From: Eledone cirrhosa
Lineage: Eukaryota
Direction: 5' to 3'
DNA length: 64,000 nucleotides
Assembly: GCA_964016885.1 (NCBI GenBank)
Contig: OZ024740.1
Coordinates: forward strand, 50,468,001 to 50,532,000
Below the pieces are notes generated by a model that saw only the letters and a list, made by a program, of their open reading frames with translations, had not been told where the DNA came from and did not search any database. Of the stretch, positions 27,110 to 38,786 are shown one piece after another; the stretch's first letter is position 1, and each line of letters starts with the position of its first letter. A program made the translations under genes and the position numbers.

Positions 27110-27520
27110 TTATCTTGTATGGGTATGAGAGCTGAACTCTTACAGCTGACATAGAATGAAGGATCCAAGCATTTAAACATAAATGCTTCAGAAGGCGACT
27201 ATGCATCTTGTACACAGAGCATTAAGACAAACAACTTTGTCAGACAGCAGTCAACGAATATGCTGACACACAGGAACCACCCCTTGCCAGGGTAAAAAGA
27301 TGGAAGCTTGCCTGGTACGGTTATGTTCCATGACTGTTCCAAACCATCCTTCAAGACACAGTTAAGAGAAGGCAAACTAGAAGCAGACAAATAAAATCCT
27401 GGTCTGACAACATGAAGGACTGGACAAGTCACAGCACCATGATACTTCTCTCATGATGGAGAATATAGACCAGTGTTGTCTGCTGATTGTGAAAATTTCT
27501 ACAGTAGCACCCAACAACTG
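27110..27520 (+). mobile_element. Old decayed RTE-like LINE 3' fragment
   Basis: Remnant reading ...KCFRRxLCILYTEHKTN...KLAWYGYV..., interrupted. Confidence 0.55.
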
Positions 27521-28065
27521 GCTGTACCAGTTATAGGAAGTTGATTTATTGAATGTGAAGGAAATGGCTACAACTGACAACTAAAGCAAGGTTGCAGTCA
27601 CATTTGAACAGACAACTTTTTGTCTATTCCATACATTTGCTTATCTGAACATATATAGAAGTGAAAAAAAAAAAGAAAAGAAAAAAACAGCCAGAAATAC
27701 ATACATAATGGGTGCAACACTATATATAACAAAACCATCTTGAGATATGATAAAGAGGGTGTAATACAAACATTATCTAAACAGTATGTAGGATATAAAT
27801 AGAAAGATAGCACAGTACAACTTCCTGACTGTGCATTTGATTAACAATAATGATATTTGTGTTGATTTATACCAAGTCATAGAACTGGTTAAACAGCACC
27901 AGTGTGTGTCATCATTATCACCATCATAATCCCTGTTTTATGTCTGTATTTCCATGCTTGCATGGGTTAGACATGTAATGATCCAAATATGGCCAAAACT
28001 CAAAAGAAAGTTTGAACCGAAAACTGCAAGATAACAATACACTTATCAAAAAATAAAATACTCAT

Positions 28066-28255
28066 AATTGTTTCTACTTTAGGCACAAGGCCAGCAATTA
28101 CCCAGTACATTACTGGTACTTTATTTTATCGACCCCATAAGGATGAAAGGAAAAGTTAACCTCGGCGGGATTTGAACTCAGACTGTAAAGGGACGTAACT
28201 ATGCTAGAAAGCATGGCGTCCAACCCTCTACCGATACTGCCAACTCACTGCCCCT
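28066..28255 (-). mobile_element. Nin/Deu-like tRNA SINE, young full-length copy
   Basis: About 95% identical by eye to 42981-43170. Confidence 0.85.
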
Positions 28256-28430
28256 TATATATATATATAATGATGTCACAACAAAATGCACCCAATACTC
28301 ATAATGGTACCTATTTACAACTAGTAGGGCAAGCCAGTGATAAATCTTTGGTCATGGGAATAGTTTAGTACTGGTGATGGAGTATATGGCATTATACCAA
28401 TTATTCTTATCGTGTCCACAAGAGTGTCGG

Positions 28431-28775
28431 CTACAAAGCTTGGCTAGATGTGGTTCCGCCACAGCTGAACACATTGCTGACCTTTCTCATTAAACTCTGC
28501 CAAATCCAATGCTGCACAGGGGTGTTCCAGCAGGGGCATATCAGAAGGTGCTGCGTAGTTTGTGGTTCGATGCCACAGTCACACACAACATCCCAATCCT
28601 TTAAAAATCCAAATTTTGCCAGATTGACTTTTGCATGACCAACACTAGATCTTAATCTGTTGAGGCATTTCCACACTGCATAATTTGTATCTGCTTTGGG
28701 GGGCAGTGCCTTGCTCGCCTTTTGCTCCATTGTTGTTACAGATGGGAAGTTGGTAAGTTTTTCTTCCCAATGTAA
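28431..28775 (-). mobile_element. Non-LTR retrotransposon C-terminal fragment with Cys/His knuckle
   Basis: WKCLNRLRSSVGH...CDCG...QTTQHLLIC motif (CxC...H...C). Confidence 0.7.
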
Positions 28776-28805
28776 ACATCCTTATTATTATTGATTTCAC
28801 TTATT

Positions 28806-29002
28806 ATTGTTTCTACTTTTGGCACAAGGCCAGCAATTACCCAGTACATTACTGGTACTTTATTTTATCAACCCCGTAAGGATGAAAGGCAAAGTTAATC
28901 CCGCCGAGGTTAACTTTGCCTTTCATCCTTACGGGGTCGATAAAATAAAGTACCAGTAATGTACTAGGTAATTGCTGGCCTTGTGCCAATAGTAGAAACA
29001 AT
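28806..29002. repeat. 93-bp inverted repeat formed by two SINE 3' halves, 11-nt loop
   Basis: Arms 28806-28898 and 28910-29002 with 3 mismatches. Confidence 0.95.
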
Positions 29003-30695
29003 TATTATTATTGATTTCAAACAGAGGCACTAGGCCTCAAATTTGGGGGAGGCGTATAGTTGATTAGATTGACCCAATACTTAACTGCACTTGTGGAATA
29101 CATAAGAATGCAACAAGATGCTTTGAGATCCATCATGCCAGCACGGTATAGCAGACATAAAAATGATGATAATGACAATGATTGAAACAGAGAAGTGTAC
29201 CATTTCTGCTGAGTAGTAGAGAAATTTCATTTCATTGAGGTTGTTAAAATAAGTATCAGTTATGTACTAATGTGAATTCAATTCATTACACCCTTTCCTT
29301 TAGGGATTTGTGGTTTTTCTGACAATGTGAGAAATAATGTTTATCAGAAAAGTTAGAAAAGTGAAACTTGAAATTGACCAAGTTGTTCAATCCATGCCAA
29401 CATGGAAAGCTAACATAAATGATAATGATGATGCATGCATGCCCTCATGTACTGCAAACAGCGGGTTGAGCCAGTGCTTATCCCTGTTTTGATGATGATG
29501 ATGATAGCAGTGAAAATGGAAAAAAATCAGTCTTCAATATTGCACATGGTTATTGTTCTTTAGCCCCAAATGAGCCCTGATCAAATATACCTATAGTCAA
29601 AAGTATTCCAGGTTGATTTCCTTAACCTGTAAACCCATAAATAGCCAACTGCTGACTTGCACTCATAACTCCTACTAAACCAATCCCCCAACCTGTATCC
29701 CTATATGAACCGCACCAGTCTCCAAATAGAGAAGATAGATGTTATCAAGCTGCAGTTATCATATAATGTAGTTTCTGTATAATAATACTGTTATTATCTG
29801 GAGTGACTATAACCCCATTATGTAATAGGCCATGCTCCACCTTACAACCCTGAACAATAAAGTCCCCTAAACACACATACTAATGGGTTCCTGAACTATA
29901 AATTCCCATAAACAAACATACATATATATATATACACTATTATCCAATGTGTCTTTCTTTTAAGATAGAAAGTATCGTGAGGGATATTTAGTTATTATTT
30001 CTAACAGACCAAGTGACTATACAGAGGCTCCCTTGTCGGCTCAGAGTTGGATACAGGTGTTGTTTAGCTCCAAATCAACCCTGATTGAGTAAATAGTCAA
30101 AACGTATTCTAGCCAGGATCACATTGTCTTTTCTTATAACTTAGTGTATTTAGGACTACCTTATCTAATGCTTTCTTTTTTTAAAGATAATAGGGTGTAA
30201 TTTTAGAGAGATTTGGCTACTATTTCTAACATGTAAAGCAACCATGGTTTAGACATTTAGCCTTACTATGAGAACACCCATGTAAACTGTGTTCTCTACC
30301 ATGTGCAACATATTTGAACTCTATAAAAGTATAGTCATTCAGGATTGGTTCATATCATTGGATAATTGACACACATATATGAAGAGCAGTCTTAGTTGTT
30401 TATATTCTCAACTATAGTAGATTCTATTTCACTACAATATGAGAAAAATATATAACTTTTTGAGACAAATTTGTGAATATGTATGTTTCAGTGTGTTTGA
30501 TATTTTAGCTAGTAATTTCAATAAATCTCATGTGTCATGAGTTCAGCTCTATAATACATGAAATATAGTTGTCCTGAAAGCAGAAATTATTCTGCTTTTG
30601 TTAAGTGTCATTAGAGGAGAAAAAAGTCTGTTTGTTTTAAATGATAGAGCTAATTTTGAGGATCCCCATCCAGACCAGTGAAAGCACCGATAAAC

Positions 30696-30889
30696 TTAAC
30701 CCTTTAGCATTTACATTACTCTATATTTACTATTGTATTTTCACATACTATCGAATCTACAAGATTTTGATATTTATTTTGAGAACAATACCTTAATGTC
30801 AGTATAAGCAGCAGGTTACAGCCAGTTTGAACAGAATGAGGTGAGAAAATTCTGGCTGGATACAGCCAGTTTAAATGCTAAAGGATTAA
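30696..30889 (+). mobile_element. piggyBac-type MITE family A
   Basis: TTAA TSD, TIRs, internal deletion. Confidence 0.85.
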
Positions 30890-31386
30890 AAAGCAGACAA
30901 AAAAAAAAAGAATTATATTAAAGACCCAATATTATTGTTTAATCCCAGAAGAACCCTGATGAAATATAACTACAGTCAAAAATGTTTTAACTAGGACTAT
31001 TCCATCCATTTTCTTTTTTTTTCAAAAATTCATTCTTCCTTTTCCAAGACTGTTAGGTATGATATAAGGGAGATTTAGCTGTTATTTTTAGCAGATCAAG
31101 CAACCACATAATAATTCCCTCATTAACTTGATAGGGAGCTATTTCTTTGAAACTTATGTCTGTATTTCTACCTTAACATAAACACTGAGCTGGTCTACGA
31201 GTGCATAATAGTGAAAAAGAGGAAATGTAGTTTTGATATCTATCTATATTTTATGTAAATTTCCCTACTTTCACTATACCCACATTCATTTATAGTTTAA
31301 AAGACAAGTCTAATAATTGTACATTCATTACATGAGGAAATGCACAGTAGTTTACTAACCTCAGAAATTGTTAACTTAAGCAATAT

Positions 31387-31614
31387 TTAACCCTTTAATG
31401 TTCAAACCAGCCAAAACTGGCCAGAATTCTCTACCTCTTTCTGTTCAAACTGGCTGTAACTGGTCGCTCAAACTGATGTTAAGGTATTGTTTTCAAAATA
31501 AATACTTTCAAAATCTCATAGATTCGATATTATGTGAGATAATTATGCAAGGTAAAGCCTTTACCACAAAAATATAATAGTATATATAGAGTAATGTGAA
31601 TACTAAAGGGTTAA
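31387..31614 (-). mobile_element. piggyBac-type MITE family A (inverse orientation)
   Basis: TTAA|CCCTTTA...TAAAGGG|TTAA; body is the reverse complement of the other copies. Confidence 0.85.
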
Positions 31615-32353
31615 ACACAGTATCTTACAGTTTCTTCTGCCATAGTGTGTTACTTAGAACATATTTTATTGCCCTCATAAGGATGAAGGGCTGACACTGG
31701 CAGTATTTGAACTCAGAACCAAGAGAGATAAAATTAAACACTGTAAGACATTTCTATTTATACTAACCCTACCACAAATGTTAAGATTTTTAATAGAATG
31801 CATAGTTTTACTTAGTAAGCTTCTTGTTCTAGTGGCTAAAGATAGCAAAACCAAAAATGGCATATGAGAGAAAGACAGAAAGAAGTAGGAGGAGGAGATG
31901 AAACAGTGAGTGGGAAGGAAGGGAGTGAGTGAGTGAAAGACTGAGAAGGGAAGAGAACATTCTTCATCAGTTAAGATCTATCTATATGTTCTATGGTAAT
32001 GATACATAGCAGAATATCAAATATCTAATATAAGTAGAATTTGTCAAATGTGGAGTCAAAAACACGACCAAAAATGTATAAAGTCTGATATAGAAAAGAA
32101 ATCAAAATAAACTTTAATTTCAATTTTTTGCTTTAAAACTTACAATGCTGACAGAAAATAATCTAGAATGTTAATGTGCATGTGTAACTGAATATATTTG
32201 TATGTGCTTATATATATGATCATCACTGTTTAACATCCATTTTTCACGCCAGCATGGGTTATATACATATACACATATATATATATAAGCATATACAAGC
32301 GTGTATATTTAGGTGTAAATGGTAGCATATATATATGTATACAAACAAATGTA

Positions 32354-32928
32354 TCATCATCATCATCATCATCGTTTAACGTCCATCTTCCACGCTTGCA
32401 TGGGTTTGGACGGGAGTTTTCCCAGTTGAGGCAAGATTGGTTGTCCTGCTCGTATAGGACTGTCTGGTGGGTTTTCTACGGCTGGATCCCCTTCCTAACA
32501 CCAACCACGTTTACAGTGTGGACTGGGAGGTTTTTACCGTGTTACCTACACGGCTACATTACAGCGTGGACTGTGTTTTTTTTTGTCGTGACACCTACAC
32601 GTCTACATGTAAGATTCATGTTACCAAATTATATTAGAATTAAAAACTTGAAAATTAAATTATGAAAAAAACAAAAAAAAAAACAACAAAAAACACACAC
32701 ACAGTCCACGCTGTAATTAGATGTGATCGTGTAGGTAACACAGTAAAAAGCTCCCAGTCCACACTGTATATGTGGTTGGTGTTAGGAAGAGCATCCAGCC
32801 GTAGAAAACCTGCCAGATAGTCCTATACAAATGAGACATGGTCACCCAACCAATCTTGCCTCAAATGGGACAACTCCCATCTAACCCATGCTAGTGTGGA
32901 AGATAGACGTTAAACGATAATAATGATG
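32354..32928. mobile_element. Inverted pair of RTE 3'-UTR copies
   Basis: 32354-32605 (-) and 32690-32928 (+) both match the LINE 3' UTR at 38790-39150. Confidence 0.85.
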
Positions 32929-34315
32929 AGTGTTCTAGACTAAGTTGTGTGTGTACATGTACATAAACAGTTTTCAATGCAAATAGTTTTACATGGTTCT
33001 TAAGGAAAAAACTTCATGAAACCATAAAGTGTACATAGCTACTTAGTTTAGATTTTTTAAAATTTAACATCAATGTTTTTTATATATTATATCAGAATAA
33101 CGGGTTTTTTAAATATTGATTTATATATTTTTGCATAAATACATAAGCATATTATGTATGTTACTTGTGATTACCTCTGTATAGTACTAGCTACCTACTG
33201 ATCCAAGATGATCGATTGTAAGGTAAATCTACACCCATCAACAATTTAAATTTTGAACTGCAATGACTTTAGTTCATCAATCTTATAGCTCAGTCATTTC
33301 CATCACCCTTGCATGTTTTCTAAAACTTACAAAACAGACGCAAAAAAAACCCAAAAAACATTTATAATCACAAAGTCATTTTTTGGTGGTTTTGATGTGA
33401 ATGAAAATAGACAGACATATTTTACCCATTTCAAACTACTAAAGAAGGAAGAAAAAAAATTAACCCAAGTTTGATTTGAACATGAAAATATTAACTAAGT
33501 ATGCTAGAAATTGTAAAACATCTAGTCAGCCAGTTTACCATTTATGCACAACATGCTGTTGAAGAATTTCAGAGAAAGGGAAATGAAACCCTGTAATGCA
33601 TACTTTTCTCAGTTAAGTAAAATGAAATTGTTAATATGAGGAACTGAAATCAGATCACAAACTTGACAGGAATTTCACCCAGTAACCCAGCCATCCAACC
33701 ATAATAACAGATTTGAACACTGGCACAGGGCCACAGAGTTAGTGTGTGTAGGGGAGGGAATAATAGTTGAACCAGTCCAATTTTAGTATATTACTGGTAC
33801 TTTTTATTTTTATCGCGCTTGGACAGACAAAAGGGGAAATTACCACAAGGAGGGATCGAGCTGAAATTCTAAAAGAATTACAGCCAAATACTATTAAGCT
33901 TTTACTGCACTAGTACTACTATTTCTGTTATACCACCACTCTAAAAATATTAATAACTTATGCTAGTATTAATAATGTAAACAAAGACTTTCAAGGGAAA
34001 AGATTCCGCATAAGATGTTGGCAACCAGAGTACAATTACTACTAACAAGATGAGATATTTCTACAACATTGCAGTGTGTTATTCAATACCACTGTTAACT
34101 CTTAGTTAGAAAGATTAACAGGAGAGGGAGAAAGGGAGTGAGAGAGAGCAGAGAAAGAGAGTGAGAGAATAGTTATGATTAAATAACTAGTTAGATTAAT
34201 AAGACAAAAAAAAAGATACTGATAGCATTCTACTGAAATAGGAAATAGCAAAAGAACCAGAAGTCTGTCTAGTGTTGTTATAAACTATATATATATATAT
34301 ATATATATACATACA

Positions 34316-34395
34316 TACAGGGTGTCTCCTCAAAATGTATACACATTTCAACCGCATTCTAATAAAAGTGTGTATACATTTTTGGGGACACCCTG

Positions 34396-34397
<2 letters not shown>
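34316..34397. mobile_element. 78-bp Tc1/mariner-type palindromic MITE
   Basis: TA|CAGGGTGTC..AAAATGTATACAC...GTGTATACATTTT..GACACCCTG|TA. Confidence 0.85.
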
Positions 34398-34427
<30 letters not shown>

Positions 34428-34714
34428 GCTTTTATAGTGAGCAAAGGCATTGCTTTATATCTGGAGATCTCTCTGCACTTGTTGTCACATGGTACCATGG
34501 GCCCAGCACTATGTGTCAATAATTGTCACAAGTGTAGCTTTTGTACCAGAGTTTTCAAGTCGCTGGCTGGACTAAAAAGTCACACTCGTTCAGCGCATTG
34601 GTAGGGGTTCTCCTACATGGATATAAAGTAGTGGCCGTACTCGAAAATGAGTTGGCAGCCACCATGTATGTATGTATGTATATATATATATATATAAAAT
34701 TTATTTTTTATGAA

Positions 34715-34990
34715 GGTGTATGTTTCAGTGGTTACAGTGTTTGGTTCCGATTGTAAGGCCATGATTTCAATTTTCGGACCAGGCAACATGTGTCCTTTAG
34801 CAAGACACTTTATTTCACATTGCTCCAGTCCACTCAGCTGGTTGTAACTGTAATTGAAGGGGCCAGCCTTGTCACACACTGTCATGCTGATTCTCCCTGA
34901 GAACTATGCTACGGGTGCATGTGTCTGTCAAATGCTCAGCCACTTACATGTTAATTTCATGAGCAGGTAATTAAATTAATTGAATCAAGT
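34715..34990 (+). mobile_element. CORE-like tRNA SINE (long form)
   Basis: Core tgtgtcctttagcaagacactttatttcacattgctccagtccactcagctg; relatives at 51820-52110 and 52525-52800. Confidence 0.7.
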
Positions 34991-35943
34991 GGAAAACTCC
35001 ATATATAATTTTACAGATTAGTCAGAGATAGAAGGAAACTGACCCTTTTCAAAACCTCTGAAACTGGGTTGAGGAAAGGTGTCCTCTAACTAAAAACCTG
35101 TTCCGAATGCTTGTAACAGAATGACCGTCACTAACATCACCTAAGGGTTAGGTGGCAGTGTTAAATCAGGTGACAAATTATGTCTATAACTCAAGTAGGT
35201 AACAACAGTATTTGAACTCATAACACAAATGGAACAAATATTGCAAAACATCTTGTCTGATGCTCTAACGATTCCGCGAATCTACTGCCTTAGACTCATA
35301 CATTATTTTATCAAGCCCTTACAGGATATAAGGCAAAGTTGACCTTAGTGAGATATGAACTCAAGAGAGTAGAGAGTGGAAACAAAGTGTTTTGTTTTAT
35401 ACCCTAACAACTCTGCCAATTTGCCACATTATAATAGTAACAATTGGAATTGAAAAAAAATACTGAATATTAGAGGAACTAGTTTCAAATTATCCCAAAC
35501 TGGAATAAATATAACAAAAAAAAAAAAAAAAAAATCAAAATAATAATAATAATAAAATAATCATAAACTATAAAAATGAAAATTCTTTTTAGTTCATTTT
35601 TTTTTAACAAAAAAAAGGAGAGGATTATAATGAATTAAATTGTTGTTTGGAGCAAATAAGAATACTATTTTAGCTATCACAGATGATATAAGTTATAAAT
35701 CAAAAGGATGTGAACTTTGAGAAATAATACAATGTACAAAATATAGGTAATTATACCTATAATTTACCAGAAAACACAAAAATCAGAAATTTTGCAAGTT
35801 ACCCCCTTCGTTCCCATATTTTGACTGAAAAGATACTGCCTATAATTTTCTAATCATTTTGAAGGATTTATTAAGATATTTTTTTCACTTTTAAGCTAAT
35901 GTTTGGGACAAATATTTCCTTACATAAAATTATGATGGTAGGT

Positions 35944-36145
35944 TTAACCCTTTAGCATTTAAACTGCCCGTATCAGGTCAGAATTCTTTCACCTCCATCT
36001 GTTCAAACCGGCTGTAAATGATCGCTCATATTGATGTTAAGGTATTGTGCTCTAAATAAAAAATATCAAAATCTCATAGATGCAATATTTTGTAAGATAA
36101 TTATGTGATAGTAAATATAAAGTAATGTAAATGCAAAAAGGTTAA
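35944..36145 (-). mobile_element. piggyBac-type MITE family A, apparently nested in a family B MITE (~35800-36235)
   Basis: TTAA-flanked; the flanks resemble the reverse complement of 44473-44674. Confidence 0.75.
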
Positions 36146-36494
36146 ATTTAAATATGTACATGTTAAAACAAAAGGTTTTGAAACATAGAACCAGAGCCGG
36201 TTTGGTATCAGAATAATTAACAAACATAGCAATTAAAGAAAAAAAAAAGAAAGATTGCTGGGACATTTTAAATAAATTTTTACAGAAAAACTATATTAAC
36301 AAATTATGTAATGTATGTTTTGTAACTGAAAACAAATAAGAAAATCTTTATCATAACACAAATTACCAATTACATATGTTTTTGATAAAATTAATTAATT
36401 AGACTGAAAGAAAATAGAGTAGCATGAACTAACAACTTATTAAGAATAATAACAAAATAAAAAAAAGTAGAAAAAATAACAATGATGTTTTTAC

Positions 36495-36521
36495 CGGAGC
36501 ATGTTTATATCGATACTCCAT
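36495..36521 (-). CDS. PDLIM: Alternative first coding exon MEYRYKHAP of a short (PDZ-less) isoform
   Basis: aaaccATGG Kozak context, in-frame TAA two codons upstream, donor CCG|gtaaaa. Phase 0 joins NFNAVARPF at 11629. Confidence 0.65.
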
Positions 36522-37547
36522 GGTTTAGCAAGGGGTGAGCCCAATTAGGAAGGAAAGAAATTAGTCCTCACTTCACTTGATGCCAGCAACAGTAGGACTA
36601 GACCTGAATATGTCACTGAAGTCACAACCACAACAGAACTGAATCTTTTTATTATTATTATTATTAAACAGCTGACTAACTTGGGAGGGTTGGAGTAAGA
36701 GGAGGAACTGTCAATGTTCATACACACATACATATACACATGCATATATATATATATATTGTATACACACATATACATACACCTCTACTTTCAGCAGCAA
36801 ATGATGGTAGAAAGCCAATCTCTCACCCTCTCTCTTTCTTTCCTCATCCCCTTACACAACACCATACTACACTGTCTTTCTGTCTCCTCCCTCTGACACC
36901 TCTGCTCCATATTTTGTTTCAGGAAACACAGCAGAAAATAATTAAAAAGCAACAACAACCATAACTAACCATCAATGAGGACAATTCTAGTCGAACACAT
37001 CTACACAAACTTCAATTTTTGTTGGTTTTATTTTACAACTATTTAAAAATTTATTTCATAAATAGATATACATAAAATTCTTTCAATTAAGTCTTTGTAT
37101 TAATAAGAAATGCAGTCTCATAGAATTTTGGTTCTTAACATGAAAAAACTGTTCTTTCTGTTTATGAGTAAATAGTTGCTTTCATTTTCTTTAATATAAG
37201 TAAATATTGAAAGCAGGTATATTGGTGTAGTAGAGTAGTGGTACAAGAGCATGTGCAGGGTTTGGTTAATAGGCAGAGTTTGTGTCCTTTGAAGGGTAAA
37301 AGAGATCAGATATCTGAACACATACCCACCCTACTGCATCCTACCCCTTCTTAACTCATTCTTGTTGTAAAGGAAATAGCTGAGTATAGTAGCATGATGT
37401 ATTTACTTAGTAAGCAAGGCAGCAACTAATTGTTGCTTATGTGAACCAGCAGGTGAACACAAGAGGAAACAGACTCTTATATTATATTATATATAGTAAT
37501 GGTTTCTTTATTATTTAATAATAATGCTAATAACAACAACAATAACA

Positions 37548-37960
37548 ATTGTTCCTACTTTTAGGCACACGAGGAGGGGAAAGTCAATTAAATCAACTCC
37601 AGTGTGTTATTGGTACTTTATTTTATTGACCCCAGAAGGATGAAAGACAATGTTGACCACACTGGGATTTGAACTCAGAATGTATAGTCAGAACAAATAC
37701 CAAAAAGCATTTTATCCATCACTATAATGATTCTACCAATAATAATAATAATGATTTCTAGTATAGGCACAAGGCCAGTAATTTGGGGAGGGAAAAGTCG
37801 ATTAAATCGACCCCAGTACGTTACTGGTGCTTTATTTCATTGACCCTGTAAGGATGAAAGGCAAAGTTAACCTCGGTGGGATTTGAACTCAGACCATAAA
37901 GGGGTGTAACTCTATGCTACAAAGCGTAGTGTCCAACGCTTAACTGATACTACTAATTAA
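37548..37960 (-). mobile_element. Two tandem Nin/Deu-like SINEs
   Basis: Two cores ggatgaaag(g/a)caa..gggatttgaactcag separated by (AAT)n. Confidence 0.8.
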
Positions 37961-38786
37961 TAATAATAATATCATTTATCTGCCACAAGAGTGCCAAAAC
38001 ATACCAACAAAGAGAAGAAATAAAATCTCATTAATATAAGCAAAGAGATATACAGTTTTTCATATCACAGTTAGGCTGAAGTATTGAATAAATCTATTTT
38101 TCCTTTTATTAAGCCATCAGTTTTATTTTTATTTATATTTAAATAACTATATTTCAAGTAAACTAAAAAAAAAAAAGCATTGGTCATGTGACTAGAATGT
38201 CTAAAGAAAGAGTTGCTGGACAGATTTTACAGAAAAAGCCAACTGGCAGAAGACTCTGAAGTAGCCAACAAGTAAGATGGTCAGATAACATCCATGAGTT
38301 TGGTTGGATCCAGCCAGATCAATTGGAGATGGCTGTTTCTGATAGAACCCTCTAAAAGGCACCTTACAGGGTGGACTGGGCACTTTTTGTCATGTAACCA
38401 GCATGACCACCATTACAGGATGGACTGGGCGCTTTTTTGTCATGTCACCAGCACGACTACCATACAGGATGTACTGAGTACTTTACACTCAATTTATTTA
38501 CTAATATTCTCCTGAATGCTAAAAGAAAGAAAAAAATTCTAAATTGATTTGAATTACAAATAATCCATATAGCAGTGTGCTTATCTCCATCACTAAGAAG
38601 ACTTTTACCTCTTGCTGAGGACATGACAACCTCTCTAATGCTGCACCCACAATAAAATACACCTAGTACAATCTGTAAATCGATTGGCTTATGAGCAAGA
38701 TGTGGTCATCTGACAAGTCTAGTCTTCGCTGACCTGTCCAATCTATGCCAACGTGGAAAGTGAACATAAAATGGTGACTATATATA

